Below, piece by piece: positions 38,594 to 51,290 of a stretch of 64,000 bases of DNA. The notes under the pieces were generated by a model. The model had not been told where the DNA came from. It made no database searches and saw nothing but the letters and a program-made list of their open reading frames with translations. This DNA comes from Glycera tridactyla (lineage: Eukaryota): contig OZ286466.1 of the NCBI GenBank assembly GCA_965644265.1, positions 70,432,001-70,496,000 on the forward strand, written 5' to 3'. A program made the position numbers and the translations under genes. Numbering within the stretch: position 1 is the stretch's first letter; each line of letters begins with the position of its first letter.

Positions 38594-41129
38594 CTGAAAG
38601 TATGACATGATGAAGCATGAGTTATGGACTTGAAAAAGTAGCAGTATGTATGGTCAATATACTTGTAAAACATGTATGAACTTTTACTTCTGCAGAAGTG
38701 CATTGACCTCGGCGGTCGTATTGAATGCTTCTGCATACTGTACACGATTTTAGTATACAAAAGAAGAAGGAATAAAAACGGAAGCAGTATCAAAACATCA
38801 ATAGAATATGTGGTAGGTAGGACAATGATATAAACGTTTATAACACTCAAATTGTAGACATCACTGCTCAAGTAACTTTGCCTGGTCCAATGTATAGTGT
38901 TTGCGCACCAAGTATGCTGGCAGGTCTATTACATATTGTCAATTTGATACATCAACAGTACATATGGGCTAAAGGGTGATCCTCATACAGTAACAGTACA
39001 TATGGTCTAGAAAATAGGTGAATTTGATACAATGACAGTCTGTACTGTCTAAGAAAAGGTGCAGATACTTCATCAGACTATGCCCAAGACCAGATATTCA
39101 TTTGAGACATAATATAATTTGTCCATTCTGAAGAGACCCCAATATTCAATGAAATTCAAAATGGCTGAGCATATCAATGAATGATCCAAGGTAGGTCGTC
39201 TCCTCATGAGTGATCCATTTAAGGTGGCTGTGAGGAGAAACTTCGAATAGGCAAACTTTCCTGAAATTTTGCATACAACCTCTTTCCTCACTGCCCAATG
39301 CAGGAAGCCAATAAAAAGCATGCCTCACCAGCATAACTTTTGTGTTATGAGCATTCAAAATTTCCCCAAAATGTGTGAAATTACCAAAAATTGATTTGTT
39401 TGAAATCTTGATCACTGGAGAGTGCATCATGATGAAAATATTATGAAAATCAATTTTCCTTATATAAACAGGTCAGATCCTTCTCTCAAATGAGATTCAG
39501 TGCTAAGAAATGCTTAGAATGTCACTTTCTTCAGTTTTCAAGATGACTGATTCCATCGATTTGATGGAAAAGGAAGGGGTTTTGCCAGATTGTTGACTCA
39601 TATGTGGAGAATAGATAGGTACAGGTCCCTAATTTTTTCTGTGCAGTTGTAGAACAAAATGATCTAGCCATAGAATGAACAAAATATGTATGTCACCAAC
39701 CTCAATTTTTCTTAATAATGAAAAAACTATCAGAAAAATGTGGAAAAAAACATGTATTTTTCCTGTTTGAATATGGACTTATCAAAGCACAAAATCTACT
39801 CCCTCATGAACATCCACAGTTTTCAAAGGCTGTGAACATTGCAGAGCTTCACAGTAACTTTGGCCAATGGCCGCCGCCAATGTGGTTAGTATGAAAGTTC
39901 AAATTATAGAGAATCTGTATCAGGTGCAGGCGTTTGGCCTGAAAATTAGATTGGACAGGAAATTCTCAGTAGTAAAATTTTTTCAGCTGAATATGGGTTG
40001 GTTTACTCAGAATTACTGCACTATCATTTTCCAATTGACCTGTAGTGCAGCGGGTGAGGGACCAAGGCCCCAGTGCCCCCAGCCCCCTTTTCGCATGATT
40101 TTGCCACTAGATGTCTCATATTCACCTCACAGACACCTTAACCTCAATATCAGACTTCTTGGATAACAATCACCTTTAATTGATGAGAACCCTCTTCATT
40201 GTGATCATGTTGCATTATCAAGTGAGAAATCGACACCCAGACATGGTAATCCGTAGGCATTAGGTGAGGTGCAAATTGTAAGGATTGGCATCAAGTGTTG
40301 AGCTAGTGAACTATCAATTCTTCATCACCAACTTCATCGTTGAGGTTAAATATCTAATTGAAAAAGAATCTCTTCAAAGTTCTTCACAATTGTCACAGAT
40401 TATTCACCAAATAGTCTAGGGAGCTTCCCTTGAAAACGTTAATTTCTCACAGAAAAATGCATTTTGTAAGATAATATTTCACTAATTTGTTGCATCATTA
40501 GCAGATTGCACCATTCGAGCAAGAAGAGAGACACAATCTACAATATGAAAATCTTCCCTGTTATGAAAATATGGGTAGGCATGATGGAAATACTTTTGTA
40601 AATGACAAACTGAAATTTCTGACTTTCCAATTCCTGATGCTTCAGCCCTAGAGTGGATGATGGTGTTCTCCACCTCATACTCACTGATTATCATATCAAA
40701 TTGATCCAAAATCATATCCAGAGTCATTTCATTGCTTTTCACATGGAATCATTGATAATGCACAGTGACCATCTTCTGTCCATAACAATCTATATGCAAG
40801 TAAATACAAATACATCGCTTGACACTCGGAAGGTTGATACTATTATTGGCAGTATGGAAGGGGCTTAGAATGAGTGAGGCACCAAAGTGGATGCATGAAG
40901 GACAAATGCAGAGTGGCAGCTGGAGTATGTACCATCTTGCTGGTTTTGTGACATCAATATAAGCTACGCCCTCTGTCTGCTATCTCTCTCCATACAACTC
41001 CCCCTGGAACCCATCATTCTGCCTTTGTCCCATTAGGAGAATTTAATGAAATAGTATCGACCTCGAATCAAGTTTACAATCTGAGTATTGCTTTTTGTGA
41101 TAAACCCACAATTTTTAGGTAACATCTAC

Positions 41130-41174
41130 ACTCCCCCAGTTCTGAAAATATTACAGTCTCTGTTGTTATGGCAA
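41130..41174 (-). CDS. Microexon B4 (45 nt, phase 1-1, divergent), xAITTETVIFSELGE
   Basis: cctattctcAG|TT GCC ATA...GGG GAG T|GTAGAT; homologous flanks but many nonsynonymous changes. Confidence 0.55.
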
Positions 41175-41971
41175 CTGAGAATAGGATATGATGATACATA
41201 AGAGATGAACGTTGGACCAGGAATGGTAACTATACTCAACTATTCATAGAAGATAAACGATTTCTTCAGACCTTGTCTGAGAACAATTCCACCAGGACTG
41301 CTTAATACAGGGTGTGGAAGAATGATAATCCCTCCATTTCGAGTGGAACCAAGTCTCGAGCGAAATACCATGGACAATGTGGTCTTGAAGTGAAGAGAAG
41401 CTATCGCTGGTAGACCCCAAGGGGGCATCCCTTATACATGTGGCCAAATGATGCCTGATTTTAGAATATTAGAATTGAATAGAATATTTCTTCATATGAT
41501 CATTTTGCATTATCGACTGGAGCTTGGATGATCAACACAAAACAAAACATAATGGATGATGTGAATGTCCCATCCCTTTTCCGGCAATTATCGATGATGC
41601 GTAGTAACCATTCCTTGTCCCAAAACACTCTTAACTATAACATTACTCTATGATGCATCAATACTATTTTAACTGTATGGAAGGAATTGGGGTATTTAAT
41701 TGAGTAGGGGACCAGATTTGCTGAATGGTGGGTGAATAAATCAAGTAAAGTAGCAGTTGCTTAGTGTATCATCTTGCCAATTTTTTTGGATTCCAAATAC
41801 AAACTCAACTTTTCGACATCGTTCATCAAGCTTCGGTATCTGCTGTTATACCTCTCATTCTATTCTAGGGGTTTGGTGGAATAGTATTGATCTCATACCA
41901 TGTTCAGAGTACAAACATTACTCATTAAAACAAACCCATCATAACCCTCACAATATTCAAGTAACACCTAC

Positions 41972-42016
41972 ACTCTTCTGATTCTGAAACTGTTGCAGTT
42001 TCCGTCGTTGTGCCAG
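41972..42016 (-). CDS. Microexon B3 (45 nt, phase 1-1), xGTTTETATVSESEE
   Basis: catgctttcAG|CT GGC ACA...GAA GAG T|GTAGGT. Confidence 0.75.
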
Positions 42017-42544
42017 CTGAAAGCATGATATGATGAAACATGAGTGATGAACTGGACACAAAAGATATGATACTCTACTAATCTCCGGAGATGATAAATT
42101 CATCAGACCTTGCCAAATTACAATTCTACCAAGTCCGCTTGATGCAGGGTAGAGGGGAAAGTCATAGTCTGTTTAATTTGAGGGACTCAAAGTCTCCAGT
42201 GGAATTCAATGTCTACAAGTACACAGGAGTACCATGATACAAGAACAACACCAACATGGTCTTGTAAACAAATTTACATGTATGTATATACTGGTATCAT
42301 CGTCAAACGGTGGTGGAGGTCTTTAAAACCCCTCATTCAATACCATGTACAATAGACAATGTGGTCTTCTCAAAGTGAACAGACACTATGACTGATAGAA
42401 CTCAAGGAAAACATCCTTATACACGCTCCAGTAATTAATGCCATTTCACCCACCAAGTAAAGTACTCAGGAGATTATTCGATGTATTGAGAAAATAAGAA
42501 GAAATTTGAAAAAAACATTAAGCCCACCACTCATTTTGAACCTC

Positions 42545-42820
42545 TTATGGTTGTCTCATTGTACACAATGAGATTTGGAAGGTGATTGCCAGTTATGACC
42601 CATTGCAATGGGCACAAATTCATATGGTTGTCCCATTGTACGCAATGAGATTTGAAGGGTGATTGCCAGTTATGACCCATTGCAATGGGCACAAATTCAT
42701 ATGCTTGTCTTATTGTACACAATGTGATTTGAAGGGTGATTGCTAGTTATGACCCATTGCAATGGGCACAAATTCATATGGTTGTCCCATTGAACACAAT
42801 GAGATTTGAAGGGTGATTGG
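42545..42820. repeat. 77-bp tandem repeat, about 3.6 copies, palindrome-rich
   Basis: Copies at 42557, 42634, 42711 and 42788; full units contain cccattgcaatggg. Confidence 0.92.
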
Positions 42821-43936
42821 AAATTGTATTTATTCCATTCCCTATCTGTGTCAGTGGATAACATTGATTGACTCGCATATTCATGACAATTAATGATCCT
42901 TCTGATCAATCATGGCACCACGCTGAGCCGAAATGATTTGAGATCAAATGATTCTTCAAAATCAGTTTTCATGACAACACTCAACTCCAAATCATGAAAG
43001 ACAAAACAAAAATCATTAGTTGCTGTACTAGTTAGCTATCTACACCATCATTGTCACCAAAAAGCCTTGGAGCGCTCATTGTTGATTGCTTTTGCAAATA
43101 TGTACAATCAATATCATTTTCTGTCTATACATGTATATACAATTGTATCATCATTGAGATGCTACTGTATATTTGCTTTGTGATCGTTCGATCTGTTGTA
43201 TATCACCTCTTACTCAAAAAGGGGTAGATATATTCTTCAAAACTCCCATTAGAGAGTGAAAAATAAAAAATTCAATTTGATTCAATTCATTGAAAGTTCA
43301 AGAGGTACTCTTTGTGATGCATTGGATTCTGTATCTAATTCTGATATTATGCTTATAACATGTGTCTGGTTGATCTTCTATCATATATCATGAGGAATCC
43401 CTGGGAATGGCATTAACTACTTGAGCGTGACCGGTTGATGTCAAATATCAATCTCTAGCTTCGATCAAATTTTTTCTCAATGTGATCGCTTTGCATCATC
43501 AACTCAGAGCATGGACAATTGACACAAACCATTATAGTGAATTATGTGAATCTACCATCACTATTCATGCCATCATTGATAATGCACAGTGACCAAGAAC
43601 GCATTAATATTGCTTGAATCTAGTGAGTGATAACATTATTAGACCAATGGAATGCGGGATGTGGAATAGAGAGAGGGACTGGATTTGTTGTATGATGAAA
43701 GAAGGCATGTAGCGAATTGGAAGTTGAAAATGATACAATCCTGCCAGTAACTTCATGGCATCCCCAACACCAACCTCGCTTTCACTGTCTTTCATAATAT
43801 ATCCAGTTTGGGGTACTTGACACAGTTTACTTTGTTGATTCGGAGGAATAGTATCAGCCATTGCCAGAGTATCGGCTTCGGACAATTGAAAAAAACCATC
43901 AAAACCCCACAAAATTTTAATTTAAGTAACACCTAC

Positions 43937-43981
43937 ACGACTCTGATTCTGAAAATGTTGCAGTCTCCGTTGTTGTGCCAG
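43937..43981 (-). CDS. Microexon B2 (45 nt, phase 1-1), xGTTTETATFSESES
   Basis: catattttcAG|CT GGC ACA...GAG TCG T|GTAGGT. Confidence 0.75.
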
Positions 43982-44941
43982 CTGAAAATATGATATGATG
44001 AAGTATGCATGAGGGTTGAACTGGAGTCAGCAGGCGGCATAGTCACACAAAACAGACAGGAAACATTGGCCTTATTGCAAATTGTCTAATTTTCTACTTG
44101 TCTAATTTTCACACACCCCCCCCCACACACACATACACACACACACCTTTGGTCACATTTGGTTGAGATCCCCAGCCAGCTTTATACACATGACCAAACC
44201 ACCTGTTTGTCTATACTAGCCACTCTAATCCTACCCGTTAATTGACATTCTCTTGGCCCACCTGAAAGGCCAATACTAGAATATGTGAAACACATTCTTC
44301 TTTTCAGTGGCATATCATGCAATGCCTCATACCCCAACAAGGGCTTACTTTATTGATTGAACAATAGGATAACTACCAACGATTGACATGATTGCCAATC
44401 CCACTTACAACAAGGACTACAAAGTTAATATAACACCCCTGCAGTAGAGTCAAAATGTCTTGAATACGATCATGCCACATTATCAACTTGCAAAAATTCG
44501 AATTATTGCAATTTCCTTTGCATATGCTGCATTGAATTTTCTCCTGAAGAAAGGTTGATAATGTGCGGTGATCAATGGAGTCCCCATATTCAAATCACTG
44601 CTTTTTGAGATTCTCAAAGATTTTGACCATGGCTGATGACAGAGATGATACTCAGAATAAAAGGAAAATGCAGGATCTAATCCAAAAGGAATGTATGATG
44701 GGAACCTAAGTAATTCAGCAAATCAATCTATGGTCTTGAAATCATGATAGGAATCCCACCACTTCCCAACCCTGTGGATTCTTGTAAGATAAATTGGCCT
44801 ATTGCTTTATCCTTCATCTGATCTTAATCCTTCCTTTTATTCAAGAACATCATATCTTGCATCAAGGTCAAAATGCCAGAGTGAGTCTGCTTCAGTGAAA
44901 TGAATTCTTTTTCATCCCTTACAAATTATATTGACACCTAC

Positions 44942-44995
44942 ACTCCTCTGATTCTGACACTGTTGAGGTCTCTGTTGTTGTTGTTGTATTTCCAG
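44942..44995 (-). CDS. Microexon B1 (54 nt, phase 1-1), xGNTTTTTETSTVSESEE
   Basis: catgctttcAG|CT GGA AAT ACA...GAG GAG T|GTAGGT. Confidence 0.75.
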
Positions 44996-46883
44996 CTGAA
45001 AGCATGAGATGGCAAAGCACAAATAATGTAATGGTCACAGCTGACAAGCAACAAACCAACATGCAGGCTTCATTGTAAAAGAGATAGTTCACACATCAGG
45101 CCTCATTGTAATACAGAAAATTCACACATCATATGATTTCTCTTTGACCAGACAGTTGGTGGAATATTCTGGATTGGTGGAGCAACATGATAGTGTCAGT
45201 CCTCATGGGCCAGTGAGTGCATCAATTCAATGAGTTTTGAAGAACTGGACCAACAGATCATCGATGTGACGAAACCACGAATATTCGTCCCATACCTATC
45301 TCCCTGTGATGCCAAGTACTTGCATATCTACTCCCAACATGCATACCCTTACTACTTATACAAATGATTTTGGATCTGTTGCTGGATGTATTGTGAACTG
45401 GAAATAATTCTCTACATTCTTTCAGCCAGCTACAAACGACTTTCACAAGTCATGAGTTCACACAAGGCTATTGAATGTACTGACTATGCTATGTTTTTCT
45501 TTAGGTCAAATCTACAACATTATGAATTCAACCTGGAGTAAATTACTAATACTGATATCTGTGGCTGAAAGAATGTTTGGACTGCGGTCTCTCGCATACT
45601 TTGGGAAATCTTTAGTGACTGTAGTATTCATCTCAGTGCTCATGAGCACAATTGAGATTGCTACATGACAGTTGCTCTGTATTTCCATAAATCTATTATA
45701 TGACCCTTCGAGGTCCATTGTAAATTTGATCCTTTGTGATAAAAAAAATCCTTATTTTATCTCATTATACCTTATCTTATCTTATAATATCACTCAGTAA
45801 TTTGACACCTGCCGGTGACCAACTGGGTGAGTCATTGCAGGATTCAAGAGGGAAGAGAGTGATGTGAAAAATCGCAAACCCAACTGCATTCACCAGGAAT
45901 CTATTTCAATTGCTGATTCAATCTGTCCCACCCCATTCCATGGAGCTGGATTCAATAGGATGAGTTTCAAATGATTTGCATGCATTGTATTTCTCTCTTA
46001 TTCTCTCTTAGACCTCTTCCGAGAAAGAGACACCCTGTGCAAATGAAATCCCTGGTCATGCGACTCATGCTCTGTACTCCCACAAACTCAGTACCTTCAC
46101 AAATTAGTCAAATTGTGCATCACCCACTTGACACTAAAATATGTGCACAATTGCTGAACATGCGTACTAGAGTGGAACAAACAATTAACATTGAACTCCT
46201 AATGCTATGCCGCAGTCAGTGGAATCGCCAATCATAGTCTATTTACTCCTTTCTCTTCTCCTCAAAAATGGATAGTGGTTTCAATTTTTTCTACTTCAAA
46301 TATTTTCATGGTTCTATTGAAAGCAATATTCCAGAGTCATGTTTTCCTTGTTTACACAAGATGGGCATTATTGACAGCAAAATTAAAAAGATTGAGTCGA
46401 AGACTCTATCGAGTCATCTTACCAACATTTAAATTTCTTTCGATATGAGTGTTGAAAACTTCGCGCTCATTCATTCTTTCACTTTAGTACTGATCGTTCA
46501 CCCTTAGCCAGGTGTTAGGGTCGAGCTCAAACCTTTGACTTCTTTGCCAATGGGTAACAGAAACCTGTACCTCCCATGAAAGTCGATCCTCACCCATCCA
46601 CAATTTGAACTCATAGAAATAACATTAATCACCTAAATGGAGAAATATTCACTCTGTATATCAGATGGCTTCCATTTTTCACTCCCTTTCCATTACAGTA
46701 CCTATTTTCCCTTCATTTCATGCGTTCAGTGGTGCGAATCTATTGTCACTATTAGATCAAGAAGGGCAATTTGAGAGCTTTGACATGCACCCATCTTCAA
46801 CCAGATACCAGCAATCATCATCAAGCCTTCCATGATAATGACACTGGCCAACCAATTGAGTATTGGTTCCACTTGAGTTGTAC

Positions 46884-47126
46884 CTTCCATTTCTTTAATG
46901 CCAGATGATCCTTTTTGCGGTTTGTTGATGCCGGGTACACCTTTCTCGGGTTGTACCGGGTTAGATGTGGTAGTGCGCGTCACTCTACCAATTACCTCGG
47001 AGACGGTACTTGGCTTTTTCTTGTTGCTTGTATTAGTGCTTTTACCACCCCCTGACCGTGTACCATTTTGCGGAGTAGTAGGTGGCAACGTCTCTGTTGA
47101 CATGGTGACAAAATCTGTTGATGCTG
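46884..47126 (-). CDS. Mucin-like S/T/P/K-rich linker exon (3' end uncertain)
   Basis: aaaatacAG|CA GCA TCA ACA... ASTDFVTMSTETLPPTTPQNGT...EME; best phase-1 donor judged to be GAA G|GTACAA at 46883, though other phase-1 GTs exist. Confidence 0.65.
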
Positions 47127-47520
47127 CTGTATTTTGAAGACAATGGTGGAGAAATCCAGCCCCTGGCCCAAGACCCCTGGGCCAGAGGTGGCTTCCCGCC
47201 CAAGACACATACGTAGAAAATAGTTTGGTCGTATCTATATGCACTTGCATCAGATTGGCTGACCTGTTTGCTCGTGTATGTGTTGTCATTCAAGGCATCG
47301 CAAAAGCATACTTGCATAATTGTCCATAACATCATCACAGGTAGAAATACATTTTTACATTTGCACTAAAAATGAAGGATATTATTATCATTCTTATAAC
47401 GATATCAATCAAATTTTCATAAGTCTGAACACAAAGGTTACTGAAACGAACTAATCTGAAATTCAAATATATTGAGAAGCAGAAAAAAAATCATCATACA
47501 TATAGATACTATAAGAAGCA

Positions 47521-47782
47521 TATATGACAGTGAAGTAAAGACGCAATACCAAACAAGGTGTGAATTTTGCCGGATGTCACGAGGCTGAAGACCAAGTGAC
47601 AGCCAGCGAAATTCATACCGAGTTTAGTATTGCGTTTTTACCTCACGGCCATATATTCTTGCTTTTATCACATGGATTAGGCGGTAAATCATCAGAAAGT
47701 AGTTCTCATCCAGCTGTGAAGTATCACAAGCAATACTCAACACCTGATACTTCGCTGAGAATGTCACATCCATGTGATAATA
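47521..47782 (+). mobile_element. Short dispersed element with long terminal palindrome (copy 2)
   Basis: Reverse-complement match to 2980-3239 (compare ORFs 2964-3200 and 47560-47850). Confidence 0.7.
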
Positions 47783-47827
47783 ACGAGATACACCTGAGAC
47801 TCATCAGAGAGATGATATGGTACTCAC

Positions 47828-48055
47828 TCGGGCAATCGACCTTCTTGTAGTTATCGACGTTCTGGTTATTGATGAATTGGTCGTAGTCCGAGACATGGAT
47901 GTAGCATCTGTTCTTGTTGCGATTCCAGTCAAAGCCTGTACACATGTCGTCCTGGTTGCACATGGCACGGCACTCCTCCACGGAGGTGACTTCACGTCGG
48001 TAATCTCCTCCCAACACCTGCTTGCCATTGTAGTAGTCGTATAAATCGTAGCAGT
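47828..48055 (-). CDS. PAN/Apple-like domain exon 4 (228 nt, phase 1-1)
   Basis: gatatttcAG|AC TGC TAC...CCG A|GTGAGT; CYDLYDYYNGKQVLGG..CRAMCNQDDMCTGFDWNRNKNRCYIH..DNYKKVDCP. Confidence 0.9.
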
Positions 48056-48069
48056 CTGAAATATCATTT

Positions 48070-48124
48070 GATAATGATAATAATAATAATAATAATAATG
48101 ATAATAATAATAATAATAATAATA
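48070..48124. repeat. (TAA)n microsatellite in the polypyrimidine region of PAN exon 4
   Basis: Direct reading; lies 15-70 nt upstream of the acceptor on the minus strand. Confidence 0.95.
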
Positions 48125-49198
48125 AACCATTTTTTATTCACGCTTAACACAAGAGTGTACCACCGCTCAAATATTGATTTACTGTGGCTGTGTGGCCATC
48201 GCCACTGGTATCTTCGCTAGGGTATGTAGGTTAGTATGAACAGTGCTGGTCAGCATCAACAAGAAAAATTGTCATAGGTGATTCTTGACAAATAATACTT
48301 GGTTCTTCAAGTTGGATGCGTGAGCACATTATATTACCCTTGTTGATACAGCATATATTCAATCTTTTCACATGTTCAACATATGTTCACCATGACAATA
48401 TAGAAAATATAAAGAGTGCTGAAAAGTAACAATATAGCAAAAATGACAACAACAATAATGGATGCTATTGACAATTATCATTGCAATGTGTTTGGTCCAT
48501 ATACACATCATTTGGTCTGTCTTAGCTCAATCTAGCGTTGATAAAGTTAGGTCTATTCATATAGTAATATTTTGAGACATACAGTTCATATGTATCAATA
48601 AACACCAAGTGTAATATTCTGTGATGCTAACATTTGAATAAACAAAGATGGCTATCAACAAGGATGACTGCCAGCAAAGATGGCTGCCAACCGATATCCA
48701 GTAAAAAAACCATGTATTATTTTTGAAGTTTGACACTGCGAACAACAGTGAGCTAATCAAAGTTCGTACTAATAGATTATATTTAATACCCTCTGGAGTG
48801 CAAAATGAATATCTATCACATGATATCACATGATAGCTCATGCAACTTGCCGGAACTACTTATGTGCTTGACATCATCGACAGACTGACACATTTGAACC
48901 TGGACAATCATCGGCAAACTTCAAACTGAATGACAACTGACAGCTGAATAGTGACAACATTCATGCCATGTTGGGGTCCCCGGACAGGCATACATTCATG
49001 TGTATCTAGGAAGGCCATACATGATGCTTGTGTGGTACTGTATCTTTCAAGTGAAAGTTCTCCCTTTCCTCTCCCTACCAAAGCCATTGTCATTGCTGCA
49101 TGGGGCAACTCCAGTTGACAATGGAGTTGGTATGCAAGTTCAGAAAGTATGGGGACTCCACCTTTTGGAAAAAAGCAAAACAATAATTGACAACATAC

Positions 49199-49429
49199 CA
49201 GCCTGACAGCCATCCCAGCTGTAGTGGTCGAAGCCAACTGTATCGATGATGTTGAGGGTTGACGTTAGATGGAGGTAGCATTTGCCAGTGACGGTGTTGA
49301 AGTCGAAGGCGGTGCAGGTGAAGTCAGCAGAACAGGTCTGGGCACACAGTGACTCAAGTCCTGCATCCGGAACCTCGATGCCCCCTACTGCTTGCATGTT
49401 GGGATATCGCGTATAGCCTGGCTTGCACT
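49199..49429 (-). CDS. PAN/Apple-like domain exon 3 (231 nt, phase 1-1)
   Basis: catacacacAG|AG TGC AAG...GCT G|GTATGT; CKPGYTRYPNMQAVGG..CAQTCSADFTCTAFDFNTVTGKCYLH..DHYSWDGC. Confidence 0.88.
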
Positions 49430-49683
49430 CTGTGTGTATGGAATATAACAGCATTTAGTTCCAGTATTGACACAAGATGGCAACTGGCTTGCACTCTGTG
49501 TGTATGGAATAAAACAGCATTTATTTCCAGTATTGACACAAGATGGCAACTGGCTTGCACTCTGTGTGTATGGAATATAACAGCATTTAGTTCCAGTATT
49601 GACACAAGATGGTAACTGGCTTGCACTCTGTGTGTATGGAATATAACAGCATTCAGTTCCAGTATCGACTCAAGATGGTGAGC
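49418..49683. repeat. 66-bp quadruplication spanning the acceptor of PAN exon 3
   Basis: Copies at 49420, 49486, 49552 and 49618. Confidence 0.93.
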
Positions 49684-50893
49684 TACTCCCTGTTTCCACC
49701 ACTACCATAGGAATCTAATTGAATATGGAATATAAGTGTTCCTCTGAAATCAATATGATACACCTAACTTGATAGATCATTCTGATCATCATATGTGTCT
49801 GGTAAAGTACACCTTTCCATTTTACACCCTATATGCTTGAACTACAGCCAATGCAACCTCAGCCATTCAATCCTCTGATTTACTGAGAGATCATCAACAT
49901 GGCTCATGAATTTTCACATCACAAGTGGACATGAACGTGATCACGATGTATTCCATGATTATTTTGCATCAATATGATGCAGATATTTCTGAACGTTGCA
50001 AAGGGACTGAAAGAAGGTGTATCTGGTCGTGCATTTATATTTATGTCTACTTGAAAGAAGTTTGCTTCCTTGAATTTTCATTCTCATCTTGTAGAATCCC
50101 ATTGTCACCCTCCCTAGGAGTCTCTTGCCACAAAGGAAATAACCAACAATATAAGAAAATGAAGAAACAAGTCTACTCACAATGTAGATGGGAAGTATCA
50201 CCCATTTAGGAGATACAAAGCATTCTCAATTCTATTCTACAGTTAGAATGGTTAGTAGCAGCTAAAGAAAACCAGGTTTAGTAAAGAGTTAACAGACAGG
50301 AATGGGTCTTTGAACCATTGCTGGCAGGAAAAGAACACGAATAGCTTGTTTTTTCGTTCTATACCCTCATTTGTAAAGGTTGCAACCATCCTCTCAGGTT
50401 GACAAAAAGAACCTTCATCTCTGGATTTTCTCCAGAGGTGCATCTGTATCCATATCATATAGTATGTCGCCCTTCAATCCAGTTTGGCAATACTTTCGTT
50501 GTTGGCTGTATATGACAAGTAAGTGGTCGGGTCCCTTTTTTCTTGGTTGAAATGAGTCATATAATGCCTGCTTTCGATTTCATTTCACTCTCTGTCAAGG
50601 GTCTTGACAGCAATGGCCTGGGTGATTAGCACCACGACGTAGCTAGTCCTCCAGCTTCAGTTAATGCAGACCCAACTCAGTAGTCACTTTTCCGACTGAT
50701 ACTAGGCTTTCTGCAGAAGTAAGAGGGAAATTTATTAGGACAACACAGTCGTTTTCACCACTATTCATCCTGATTTCCCTCATTATGTATGATTTATCGT
50801 GATAGACTTTAGCTTGTGGGTTGGATAGATTACACTATTTGGTGGTTGTATGGTGACTGATACCTGAGAAACAAGCAAACACTGTGAACTACA

Positions 50894-51290
50894 GTTTGTC
50901 AAGTCATACCGTGGCGGGTACGTTTTTCGCCCTAGCATCGCGAATTCACATCGGATTGAGATGAGACTCACAGACAGACATTGTGATCACAGCGATGTCC
51001 CCTTGTATATTTCACCTTAAATAGTAAAATATGTCGATTTCACGCTGGTTTCGCGGCAAGTGCGGCGGCCGTATCTCCGCAGAGGGAAGATCAGACGGTA
51101 AAGCCGGCGGATTCGCCATATAAATGCAATGAAATGATGGCGTATCCTCTTCAAAACCTTGCAGAATACCAGAAATCATAGTTGATAATCACCGGAAGGC
51201 CTTTACAATCTATTCGTGCCCTTGAAAGTCATATCGAACGAGAAATGGCGAATTTATCGTGTGAAACGTACCCGCCACATTTGACAGAGT
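50894..51290 (+). mobile_element. MITE copy C
   Basis: gtggcgggtacgtttttcgccctagcatcgcgaattc ... gaaacgtacccgccac. Confidence 0.75.
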
